From an uncultured bacterium (GTDB lineage: Bacteria; Desulfobacterota_D; UBA1144; Nemesobacterales; UBA2774), in assembly GCA_963705505.1 (NCBI GenBank), contig CAVPJU010000006.1:480001-544000 (forward strand): a DNA stretch of 64,000 nucleotides, in the 5' to 3' direction. Within the stretch, counting starts at the first letter, position 1, and the number at the start of each line of letters is the position of its first letter. A program made the position numbers and the translations under genes. The notes under the pieces were generated by a model, which saw only the letters and a program-made list of their open reading frames with translations, made no database searches and was not told the origin of the DNA. Of the stretch, positions 50,194 to 59,245 are shown piece after piece.

Positions 50194-50388
50194 CAGTTTG
50201 GAGCGAAGACACATTAGGCAGACAGCGGATACCAGGATTGTAGGGACTTGCATTCCATTAACTGCCGCAAGGGAATAACTACATAGATGATGAAATGCCG
50301 AAGTATTACTGTGTATAATACCTATTCACGCACCTTCGCAAAGGCAGCGGCATGAGCAAAATGTGGAGTCGTAAAGGATGTTTCTTAA

Positions 50389-51915
50389 ATGCTATTAGTA
50401 AATCATCTGAAGAGAATCGCGCATCAAACTCCGGATAAATATCAACTTATATTCTGTAACCGCAAATTTACATTCAAAGACCTCGACGAGCTTACGGACC
50501 GTATCGCAATGTCTCTTCTGAAGGCCGGTGTTAAACGCGGAGATCGTATTGCGTTGTTTCTAAAAAACTGTCCCGAGCTCGTTTTTTGTTACTACGCGTG
50601 TTTTAAGATCGGCGCCATTGCCGTACCGATTAATTACCGCTATAAAGGTCCGGAGCTTGCATACGCCGTAACACACTGCGAAGCCAAGATGCTTATTATC
50701 CATGACGAACTTTTTCATGAGTATGCGAATGTGCGAAATAATTTAAAAAGCATCGGGAAGTGCTACTTGGTCGCCGGTAGTGATACACCTGCCGATATAA
50801 GCAGCTTTTCCGACCTGACGGCAGAAACAGTTCACGATATCCGTTTGCCGATTATTGAAGGAAATGACCCTGCCGTAATTCTCTATACCTCAGGCACAAC
50901 TGCCAAACCCAAAGGCGTTATACACACTCACTATAGTTTGCTTCACACGGCAATTAACCTGGGAGCGACTCAACACCTGAATTCCGGCGACATAAGCCTT
51001 ATACCTTTGCCGATTTGTCACATCTTCGGTTTTACGGGAGTTATAGCTACAGTATTTGTCGGGGGAACTGTGATTTTAATGCCTGCGTTCGAGCCCGAAA
51101 GCTTCCTGGATTCCGTCGATAAATACCATCCGACTACAACAACTCTCTTACCTTCGGAGCTGGCGGACATAGTTAATCACCAAAGGGCACTAACGTGTGA
51201 TTTCAGCTCATTGAAGCACTGCTTTGCGGGAGGAGATAAAGTCCCTATCGAGATACACAGGCGATTCCGTGATCTCACCGGAGTAGAGATTACCGAAGGC
51301 TGCGGTATGACCGAGTGCTGTCCCTACGCGGTGAATCCCCCATCCGGGCCAAAGCAGCTCGGCTCTATAGGAATACCGGTCCATGCGGCAAGCCTGCGCC
51401 TCGTCGATGATAGCGGCAAAGATGTTCCAAAGGGTGATGTCGGGGAAGTTATCGTAAAAAGCGAAGCTAACATGGCCGGGTATTGGAACAATAAAGAAGA
51501 AACAGCGAAAGCCTTGAAGGACGGTTGGCTATATACGGGGGACCTGGCGCGAGTAGATCGGGATGGGTACTACTGGTTTGTTTGCCGTAAAAAGGATATC
51601 ATCATTCGAGGCGGCTCCAATATCTCCCCGCTTGAGGTCGAGGAGGTATTTTATGAGCACCCTGCCGTGAAAGCCGTCGGTGTAATCGGGCTTCCCGATA
51701 AATACCTGGGAGAAACCGTCAAAGCTTACGTATCTTTGAAAAATGATGTTACGCCGTTGCCGACCGCAAACGAGTTAAAAACATTTGTTGGCTCACGAAT
51801 AGCATCATATAAGGTGCCGGAGAGGATAGAATTTCTGCCGGATTTGCCGTTAAGCCCGATCGGAAAAGTCGATCGGAAGAGATTGAAAAGTCTTGGGGAT
51901 ACTCTGCGGGACTAA
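50389..51915 (+). CDS. AMP-binding acyl-CoA synthetase (FadD-like)
   Basis: YTSGTTAKPKG, GCGMTE, GWLYTGDL, RKKDIIIRGG, GKVDRK. Confidence 0.92.
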   Translation: MLLVNHLKRIAHQTPDKYQLIFCNRKFTFKDLDELTDRIAMSLLKAGVKRGDRIALFLKNCPELVFCYYACFKIGAIAVPINYRYKGPELAYAVTHCEAKMLIIHDELFHEYANVRNNLKSIGKCYLVAGSDTPADISSFSDLTAETVHDIRLPIIEGNDPAVILYTSGTTAKPKGVIHTHYSLLHTAINLGATQHLNSGDISLIPLPICHIFGFTGVIATVFVGGTVILMPAFEPESFLDSVDKYHPTTTTLLPSELADIVNHQRALTCDFSSLKHCFAGGDKVPIEIHRRFRDLTGVEITEGCGMTECCPYAVNPPSGPKQLGSIGIPVHAASLRLVDDSGKDVPKGDVGEVIVKSEANMAGYWNNKEETAKALKDGWLYTGDLARVDRDGYYWFVCRKKDIIIRGGSNISPLEVEEVFYEHPAVKAVGVIGLPDKYLGETVKAYVSLKNDVTPLPTANELKTFVGSRIASYKVPERIEFLPDLPLSPIGKVDRKRLKSLGDTLRD

Positions 51916-52028
51916 ATTAAATATTTCAGGAAATCTTATAGATGTCTATCGGTATATTAACAAGAATCATTGACAACGCGTGGCCGAAGACACGCTCGGG
52001 ATTTCCGACATCGGCTGCGGGAATAAGG

Positions 52029-52355
52029 TCAGAAATCTCTGAGGTCGGCTACTGCGGCATTACCCTTAAAGAGCTCGTTGAACCTGGCCTTGTCGATAGA
52101 TAGAGAGACTATACGCGAGTTGTCCCCCGGATGAGCCCTGTTCATATCCGCAGCTTCCATGGTCGTAAAGAGCTTATTGGCGTTGTGACTCTTTGCGGCA
52201 TTTGATCCCCTCCGTCCCCTGAGGGATAATTTGAAAACGGTCACGGTTCCGTCAGGATTTGAACCGCCGTCGCACCTGACGGTAACGAGAGCCGTGGCTG
52301 TAACGGCGCCGCTCAATATTAGAAACTGTCTTCTTGTGATATCTGACTTACGCAT
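52029..52355 (-). CDS. Small Tat-signal (lipo)protein of unknown function
   Basis: TRRQFL twin-arginine motif, hydrophobic stretch, VRC possible lipobox. Confidence 0.75.
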   Translation of the reverse strand: MRKSDITRRQFLILSGAVTATALVTVRCDGGSNPDGTVTVFKLSLRGRRGSNAAKSHNANKLFTTMEAADMNRAHPGDNSRIVSLSIDKARFNELFKGNAAVADLRDF

Positions 52356-52669
52356 AATATGTATTAGTGCGGGCAGGGGGAAGAGCCGAATTCCCCGCCG
52401 GTTCGATTAAACAATCGGCCCAGACTTTGCGACAGAACTCAATTTCCCGGAATCGGCCGCGCCCGCCGGACTCCCCGACGCGCGTTGCGGGGTTTCACGC
52501 CCACCTTTCTCGCCGACCGCCTTCTATCCTTTCTGCAATTCGAAATGTAATGCCGTTTGTTTTTCATGTCAATTCATCGGTATAAGCTGCTGCGACAGGG
52601 CATTTGGAATTCAGGCTCTGTAACCGCCTGTTAAGGTTTACAATTATTCGTGTTAATGGAGGAAAATTC

Positions 52670-52694
52670 TGGCAGCCTCTGCGGGATTCGAACC
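52670..52694 (-). repeat. Degenerate copy of the tRNA-Glu 3' end (older att-like site)
   Basis: TGGCAGCCTCTGCGGGATTCGAACC matches 55885-55909 at 22 of 25 positions. Confidence 0.8.
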
Positions 52695-52725
52695 AGTCTC
52701 TTGATAATTGTGCGTATTGTTCAAG

Positions 52726-54321
52726 TTATTTCCCACTAGCCAGCACGGACAATTGGACGTGCTCCGTTATCCTTTCAATGTGCTTGCTGACGCGTCTTAA
52801 CCATCTGATCGCTTCAAGCTTGCCGGTGCCAAGATATACATCGAACGTGCCGCCTGCAATCCCGGCCATCACACTCCTTCTGTAAGGTCTGACTTTGATG
52901 TGTATTTTTGCGGCGGTATCCTTCGCTTTCTCTGCGGCCTTGAGCCAGTTACTGGCTTCAATATCAATAATGATACTACCTATGCTATTTATAAGCAGAC
53001 TGCATTCTTCTGCAAGCTCCTCCGTCTCTCTCGCGGTTATGGCCCGCTCCTCATCCTCTTCACACCTTTCATGAAGCCGCTGCAGGTGGTCCAATGTGTG
53101 AAACATATTTAATAACCTTTCCCAATCAGCTCCCTCTGTCGATTTGGGTTTTATACGATCGACGTAGGAATGAGTTTCATTAAGCGCGGATTGAAGCTCG
53201 TCAAGATCGGCCCTTGCGCCCCTTTCCGTATCGCCCAGGATTGCATTCACATGCGAGAACAGTGCCGTCGATAACGTGCTTATAGTGGATTGCACGGCAT
53301 TCAGCGCGAGATCCGTATCTTCCAATAAAACAACATCCAGTTTTCGCGTATAAACAGAAACTTTTTCGGGAATTAATTTTTCCATGAAACGGGCGAATTG
53401 GTTGGTGAAAGGCAGTATCATGATTACACCTAAAGTATTAAAGCATGTGTGGAATCCGACCAGCGCAATCTCTGCGTTTTTGATCAGCTCACCGGGCGAG
53501 AAATAATTCCAAACCCAGGTGTATGGATTTATTATTAAAAGCGCCAATAGTGCTGTTAAGAGATTGAATATAACATGGGAAAAACCTGTCCTTCTCACTC
53601 CTACAGAGCCGCCGATTGTCGCTATAGCCGCCGTAGAGGTTGTGCCCAAATCCATTCCGATTACAAGGGCAGCAGCCTGATTGAAATTGATTATATCCGC
53701 ATATAATGCAGTCAAGGCTGCCGCAACACCCGCGCTCGATGATTGTGTCAGGACGGTAAATATTATTCCCAGAGCGACTAATAACAACCGCCCCGAAAGC
53801 GTGTCGGCGGGTAAATTTTGAAAAGTAACAAAACCGTGCAGTTCACTCATCGATTCCTGCATGAATGTAAGACCTACGAAAACGAGACCGAAGCCCGCAA
53901 TCGAATATCCGACAGTCGCCAGGCGCCCTTTTGAAATAAGGCGGAGAATGGCTCCTATGAATACGATAGGCAAAAATACATTCCCGAGGCTCAGTTTGAA
54001 TCCCAAGAGTGCAATAATCCACCCTTTAAATGTAGTGCCGATATTGGCCCCGAATATAATTCCGAGAGATTCCGGGAAGGTTATTAATCCTGCGCCTACG
54101 AAGCCTATCGCCGCAAGCGTAGTAATGCCTGATGCCTGAAGGATTGCGGTGCTTATAGCACCGGTCAAAGCGCCGGTTAGAGGGCTCTTCGTAAAACGCA
54201 TCAATACGGCGCGCATTGCATGACCTGCCAGGGCGCGGAGCCCGTCCGTCATTACGATCATGCCCAATAGAAAAAGACCGATGCCGCCTGCGACCTGAAC
54301 TATAACCAGGATTTTGTCCAT
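52726..54321 (-). CDS. Na+/phosphate cotransporter family protein (NptA/YjbB-like)
   Basis: GGIGLFLLGM, GANIGTT, TQSSSA, GMDLGTT, AHV/SHVIFN-like repeats and a PhoU-like tail. Confidence 0.9.
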   Translation of the reverse strand: MDKILVIVQVAGGIGLFLLGMIVMTDGLRALAGHAMRAVLMRFTKSPLTGALTGAISTAILQASGITTLAAIGFVGAGLITFPESLGIIFGANIGTTFKGWIIALLGFKLSLGNVFLPIVFIGAILRLISKGRLATVGYSIAGFGLVFVGLTFMQESMSELHGFVTFQNLPADTLSGRLLLVALGIIFTVLTQSSSAGVAAALTALYADIINFNQAAALVIGMDLGTTSTAAIATIGGSVGVRRTGFSHVIFNLLTALLALLIINPYTWVWNYFSPGELIKNAEIALVGFHTCFNTLGVIMILPFTNQFARFMEKLIPEKVSVYTRKLDVVLLEDTDLALNAVQSTISTLSTALFSHVNAILGDTERGARADLDELQSALNETHSYVDRIKPKSTEGADWERLLNMFHTLDHLQRLHERCEEDEERAITARETEELAEECSLLINSIGSIIIDIEASNWLKAAEKAKDTAAKIHIKVRPYRRSVMAGIAGGTFDVYLGTGKLEAIRWLRRVSKHIERITEHVQLSVLASGK

Positions 54322-54497
54322 GAGCTTATAGACCCTGATTTATTTATAGATTCAATGCCGTATGAATGTCAATCCGCTATGTTCAAGATTCGGATGTAGA
54401 AATAACATTTTTACACAAAAATTATGAATTTTTAAACGAGGGGAAGGGTAATAGACTAATTGGCCGCCCGTTTAATATCGTCTTTCAAGCGGCACCG

Positions 54498-55106
54498 TCA
54501 AAATGTAAAACCGGTCGCGAATACGATATGCTCAAAATCACTTGTTCCTAAAGAAATGTTAAATTTTCCTAAATTGACGACGTCGGCGCCTACCATGTTT
54601 TGCTGCTCGTTATATTTGATGATTTGGTTCTTCATAAGATCGTCGATATTATTATCTGTCACAATTACCAACGTATCATCCCCTTCACCGCCGATGGCGT
54701 AATCTTGATATCCTTTATTGTTATCGAGGTAATAGACCAGGGTGTCATTGCCTTTACCCAGGTTTATGAAATCGTTGCCGGGCCCGTCGTCGACAATGTC
54801 ATTACCTTCGTTGCCGATTATGTAGTCATCGCCCGGCCCGCCCTGTATTTTATCGTCGCCCTTGCCGCCTGAAACGAGATCGTCGCCCGGGCCCGCCTCG
54901 ATGAGATCATTTCCGCTCTTTCCCGATATATTGTCGTTACCATCACCCGTATTTATCGTGTCATTTCCTTCCTTGCCGGTAACGACATCGTCACTGGTAT
55001 TCACCGCTTCCAAATTCGTTTGATTCTGGGAATCGGCCTTGAATGGTATTAAAAGGGCCGACAGGAACATAAGAGCAACGATCAGGAATAAAAGGTTATA
55101 TTTCAT
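54498..55106 (-). CDS. Secreted RTX/hemolysin-type calcium-binding repeat protein
   Basis: Sec signal peptide followed by tandem nonapeptides G.G.D.I/L. Confidence 0.88.
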   Translation of the reverse strand: MKYNLLFLIVALMFLSALLIPFKADSQNQTNLEAVNTSDDVVTGKEGNDTINTGDGNDNISGKSGNDLIEAGPGDDLVSGGKGDDKIQGGPGDDYIIGNEGNDIVDDGPGNDFINLGKGNDTLVYYLDNNKGYQDYAIGGEGDDTLVIVTDNNIDDLMKNQIIKYNEQQNMVGADVVNLGKFNISLGTSDFEHIVFATGFTF

Positions 55107-55196
55107 GGCTCATCCTCACATTTTGCGATGTCCTAACTATACATCAAGTGAGCCGTGCGAGTCTATCGGGGTGTGTTTTAAATAAATGCAGGCAGT

Positions 55197-55237
55197 TGGT
55201 AGCCCCTACGGGATTCGAACCCGTGTTTTAGCCTTGA
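55197..55237 (-). repeat. Exact 41-bp duplication of the tRNA-Glu 3' half (att-like site)
   Basis: TGGTAGCCCCTACGGGATTCGAACCCGTGTTTTAGCCTTGA is identical to 55885-55925; the match ends in the anticodon loop. Confidence 0.95.
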
Positions 55238-55280
55238 TCCAATTTGGTGTACGACGGCGGGAAACCATACCAGCCGCTCG

Positions 55281-55757
55281 CTACTTAATAGGCGGGGGCG
55301 CGGCCACTGTCATGCCATGACGCCGGAAGACGTCCAACATCTTCGCGCGGTCTGGCGGCCCGCCGCCGGCGGCACCGATTACTTCGGCAGCTTCGCGGAA
55401 GTACGCGGGGCTCATTATCGCGGGGGTTATGACGGCGAGCTGTTTCACATCCTCGCTGCTGAGGTTATCGAAGCGATGCACTGCGCCTCTTGGGATGCAC
55501 AGCGCCTGCCCGGGACCAACCTCGATGGGCGTGCCGTCAACCGTCCAGGTAAGGACGCCCTCGATACCGTAGAGGATTTCCTCGAAGGCGTCGTTCTTGT
55601 GGGCTGGCGCCGCCAGCTTCTGCCCGGCGGGGACGAGAACCTCGAACACTGACACGCCGCCGTTGGAATCATCGCCTGTGAGGAGGAACCGGATTCCTAG
55701 CGGACCAATCTTGATGGTCTCTTCTGAAGGATTGACTCTAGTTGTACGCTGATACAT
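55281..55757 (-). CDS. Cupin-domain protein
   Basis: PAHKNDAFEE..YG.EG and IPRGAVHRF motifs; visibly more GC-rich than neighbours. Confidence 0.9.
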   Translation of the reverse strand: MYQRTTRVNPSEETIKIGPLGIRFLLTGDDSNGGVSVFEVLVPAGQKLAAPAHKNDAFEEILYGIEGVLTWTVDGTPIEVGPGQALCIPRGAVHRFDNLSSEDVKQLAVITPAIMSPAYFREAAEVIGAAGGGPPDRAKMLDVFRRHGMTVAAPPPIK

Positions 55758-55884
55758 ACTTGCTCCCTCTTTGAGTAAAGTTATCCGAAATTTCCGATTT
55801 GGTTACCAGAGAGACTAACCGACAAGTCCACTGACATACAAATTCGCGCAAGTATAAATTGTTTTGTAACTTGCCGTAATTATT

Positions 55885-55962
55885 TGGTAGCCCCTACGGG
55901 ATTCGAACCCGTGTTTTAGCCTTGAGAGGGCTACGTCCTAGGCCAGGCTAGACGAAGGGGCC
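55885..55962 (-). tRNA. tRNA-Glu (anticodon CUC)
   Basis: Minus strand GGCCCCTTCGTCTAGCCTGGCCTAGGACGTAGCCCTCTCAAGGCTAAAACACGGGTTCGAATCCCGTAGGGGCTACCA. Confidence 0.96.
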
Positions 55963-56150
55963 ATGTTCTTAGAGCAGGCTTGTAATTTATCATAAGAATA
56001 CATAAAAGCAACGAAACGGGCTATTGCGCTTTGTCTTAAAAAGACAAGACAAGGGGCTTATGAGGGGTATAATTAGGTGTGCCGCATCGTGTTTTTCCAC
56101 ATTTCTAAAGGGAAAGGATGGAAGGGATAGATTTCTCACACGCAAGATGG

Positions 56151-56310
56151 CATCCTTCGACAAGCTCAGGATGAACGGGTTTGGATAGGGTATCCCCCTC
56201 ACCCTTACCCTCTCCCACGCTGGGGAGAGGGAAGTTTTATGTTGGAGAGGCTGAGGAGCTTAGGAGAAATCGTGTATGGGCGCAGATTCTGCGCCTCAGG
56301 ATGAACGGGT
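56151..56310. repeat. Cluster of REP-like extragenic palindromes
   Basis: CATCCT-TCGACAAGCTC-AGGATG hairpin (56151-56173), CCCTCTCCC...GGGAGAGGG hairpin (~56194-56232), and CTCAGGATGAACGGGT repeated at 56165 and 56295. Confidence 0.7.
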
Positions 56311-56327
56311 GTTAAAAAACAGGAGAT

Positions 56328-56919
56328 ATGGAGGATGCTTCGATTAAAAAGTTACTGACTGTAAACGCGATACTGATCGTTTTACTACTGGTTTTCGCTG
56401 CATGCGACAGCGGGCAGGACGGGGGCGACTCCACGCCGGGCCCGACTAATCCGCCTCCGACGAGCCCGCCTCCTACGAATCCCCCACCTTCCGACGATTT
56501 CGAGACCACGACGCTCGAGCTCATCAACAATGCGAGGGCGGAGGGAAGGAACTGCGGCGACACGTTTTTCCCGGCAGCGCCTCCTCTTGTATGGGACGAC
56601 AGGGTGGCGGCAGCCGCTCTCGGTCACTCGGACGGATATGGCCGAGAATCAGTTTTTCGGCCACGAGGGCTCGGACGGCTCGGACACAGGGGACAGGCTC
56701 ATGAACGAAGGCTATGATCCGAGTACTTGGGGCGAGGATATTCTCGTAGGTCTCGAGGACGAAGCCAATGTCATAGAGAGCTTTTTAGAGTCCCCCGGCC
56801 ACTGCGAAATATTGATGAATCCCTCCTTTGAGGATGTCGGCGCAGGCGCTGCCGAGGGTAACTTTCAGGGACATTCGACACTCTACTGGACAGTCGATCT
56901 CGCGACTGAGAACGATTAG
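56328..56919 (+). CDS. CAP/SCP-domain lipoprotein with Pro/Thr linker (one +1 frameshift at ~56631)
   Basis: Lipobox FAAC, LINNARAEGRNCG, HS/DMA..FFGH.GSDGS and SPGHCEILMNP motifs across two frames. Confidence 0.82.
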
Positions 56920-56982
56920 CGATGCGCCCTGCCGGATTTCTTGCTAAAGCGCGCTTACTTGGCTATTCTGAATTCTAATAAC

Positions 56983-58596
56983 ATGGCTGATGATGTAAAG
57001 GAACTCGGTCTCATTACGAGCGGCTCGCTCGTCGAAGGGCTTCAGATGAAACTCGGCCCGGAGAGGAGCGTTGAGGAGATAAAGGCAGGAAAGTTCGTCG
57101 TCGTTCACGGACTTTACCATCAGTTCTTCTCCCTTATTACCGATGTAATGCTCGACGCTTCGTCCCCCAATATACTTATCAATCCCCCCTCCAGGGAAGA
57201 GGAGCTTTTAAGGAGCGTGCTCTCCGGCACGAGCGCTTACGCCACGATCGAGCTGAGGCCCATGCTGATGCTCGCGCACGGGGAGGAGGAGCTCCGGCCG
57301 GTGAAGACCATACCCGCCCATTTTGCTCCGGTATCGGAAGCGACTCACGAGGACGTGGGCACGGTATTCGGAAGGGAGGACAGGAAGGGGAAGTTCTTCA
57401 ATATAGGCACTCCGCTCGATATGGACATACCCGTCTGCATAAACCTCGACAGGTTCGTCGAGAGGAGTAACGGTATATTCGGAAAGAGCGGCACAGGCAA
57501 GACATTCCTCACGAGGGTGATGCTCGCGGGCGTAATCAGGTACGGGAAAGCCGTGAACCTCATATTCGATATGCACAACGAATACGGATGGGAGACGGAG
57601 AGCGAGGGCTCGAAGGGATTCGTAAAGGGGCTCAAGCAGCTATTCCCCGAGAAGGTCGCCATATTCTCCCTCGATCCGGAATCGACGAGAAAGAGGGGAA
57701 GGAAACCTGACATCGAGGCCTACATATCGCTTGACCAGATTGATATAGAAGACATAGCGCTCCTTCAGGACGAGCTTCAGCTGAATACGACGGCGATAGA
57801 ATCCGCGTTCGCGATTTACAGGCGGTACGGGAACAGGTGGCTCTCGGAGCTTCTCTCGTGGGAGGAGGATGAGCTGGCGGATGTGTCGAAGGAGCTCGGC
57901 ACGCACATGCAGTCTCTTTCCGCAATGAGGAGGAAACTCAACAGGATAAGGGCGCTCCCGTTCATAGTCGACGACAGCGTTCAAAGCGAGGGGACGATAA
58001 AGAAGATAATGGACCATCTCGGGCGCGGGATTAACATCGTGCTCGAGTTCGGAAGGAGCAACAGCACGCTCGCATACCTTCTCGCGGCGAATATCATTTC
58101 GAGAAGAATCCATGACACCTATATAGACAGGACCGAGAGATATCACGCGACGAAAGACTTATCCGACAAACCGAGGCAGCTCATGATCACTATCGAGGAG
58201 GCGCATAAATTTCTGAATTCCCAGGCGGCGAAGCAGACAATATTCGGGACGATCGCGAGAGAGCTGAGGAAGTACTCCGTCACGATGCTGATAGTCGACC
58301 AGAGACCCTCCGGGATAGACGATGAGGTGATTTCGCAGGTGGGGACGAGGATCACGGCGCTCCTTAACGACGAGAAGGACATACAGTCGGTGCTTACGGG
58401 TGTGAGCAATACGTCGGGGCTGAGGTCAGTTCTCGCGAGCCTCGATACGAAGCAGCAGGCGCTCATTTTGGGGCATGCGGTCCCGATGCCCGTCGTCGTA
58501 AGGACTAGGGAGTACGGGGAGGATTTCTACAGGGAGATCTCTACCGCTCCCGAAGAGGGGAAGGGGGACGAGTACATAGAAGAGCTTTACGGCTGA
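56983..58596 (+). CDS. HerA-like ATPase (HAS-barrel + DUF87)
   Basis: N-terminal GSL..GL...G.FVVV barrel, GIFGKSGTGKT, IFDMHNEYG, IEEAHKF, ARELRKY, DQRPS. Confidence 0.85.
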   Translation: MADDVKELGLITSGSLVEGLQMKLGPERSVEEIKAGKFVVVHGLYHQFFSLITDVMLDASSPNILINPPSREEELLRSVLSGTSAYATIELRPMLMLAHGEEELRPVKTIPAHFAPVSEATHEDVGTVFGREDRKGKFFNIGTPLDMDIPVCINLDRFVERSNGIFGKSGTGKTFLTRVMLAGVIRYGKAVNLIFDMHNEYGWETESEGSKGFVKGLKQLFPEKVAIFSLDPESTRKRGRKPDIEAYISLDQIDIEDIALLQDELQLNTTAIESAFAIYRRYGNRWLSELLSWEEDELADVSKELGTHMQSLSAMRRKLNRIRALPFIVDDSVQSEGTIKKIMDHLGRGINIVLEFGRSNSTLAYLLAANIISRRIHDTYIDRTERYHATKDLSDKPRQLMITIEEAHKFLNSQAAKQTIFGTIARELRKYSVTMLIVDQRPSGIDDEVISQVGTRITALLNDEKDIQSVLTGVSNTSGLRSVLASLDTKQQALILGHAVPMPVVVRTREYGEDFYREISTAPEEGKGDEYIEELYG

Positions 58597-58621
58597 AAAT
58601 CCAATATTGATATTCAGTTTG

Positions 58622-59146
58622 CTAATCCCGTTGCTTAAGCTCCTTTTTAAACAGCTTGAAATTTTTTACATAATGCTCGGCCGACGATTTCAAATCCTCT
58701 ATCTCGGCGGGCGTGACTTCCCTTACAACCTTTCCGGGAGAGCCAAGGACCATGGAATTGTCCGGTATGACCTTGCCCTGCGTTACGAGACAGTTAGCGC
58801 CGATGATGCAGTTCTTTCCGATCCGGGAGTTGTTTAAGAGCACGGCGTTTATTCCGATAAGACTGTTATCGCCTATCGTGCATCCGTGGAGCATGGCCTG
58901 GTGACCCACTGTTACGCCTCTGCCGATCGTGGTGGGGATTCCGGCGTCCGTGTGTATGACAACGCCGTCCTGAATATTCGTATCCTCGAGGATCGTGATG
59001 GGTTCGTAGTCCCCCCTGATGACGGCGTTATACCAGATGCTTACGTTGTTGTGGATTATTACGGAGCCGATTACGACAGCGTTCTGCGCGATATAGTAAT
59101 CGTCCCCTTTGATTTCGACCCTCCGGTCGCCTAATGAATATATCAA
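58622..59146 (-). CDS. Gamma carbonic anhydrase family protein (YrdA-like)
   Basis: VIRGD, TNIQDG..IH, TVGH.AMLHGC hexapeptide repeats. Confidence 0.94.
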   Translation of the reverse strand: MIYSLGDRRVEIKGDDYYIAQNAVVIGSVIIHNNVSIWYNAVIRGDYEPITILEDTNIQDGVVIHTDAGIPTTIGRGVTVGHQAMLHGCTIGDNSLIGINAVLLNNSRIGKNCIIGANCLVTQGKVIPDNSMVLGSPGKVVREVTPAEIEDLKSSAEHYVKNFKLFKKELKQRD

Positions 59147-59245
59147 GTCAGTCCTCCGGTCGCCGCAATTAAAATTCAGGAATAAATATTTTACACAAGC
59201 TCAATAATTATAGCCGAGTGCTTATTTCATGCTCATCTGTAAATC

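Noticed and set aside
52356..52545. c-di-GMP-I riboswitch (GAAA and GCAAAG words on the minus strand)
   Set aside because: The required paired stems around these words could not be formed
55107..55884. Integron attC sites (GTTAG upstream of the RTX and cupin genes)
   Set aside because: Neither fits GTTRRRY fully, no matching RYYYAAC inverse core follows the genes, and no intI is present
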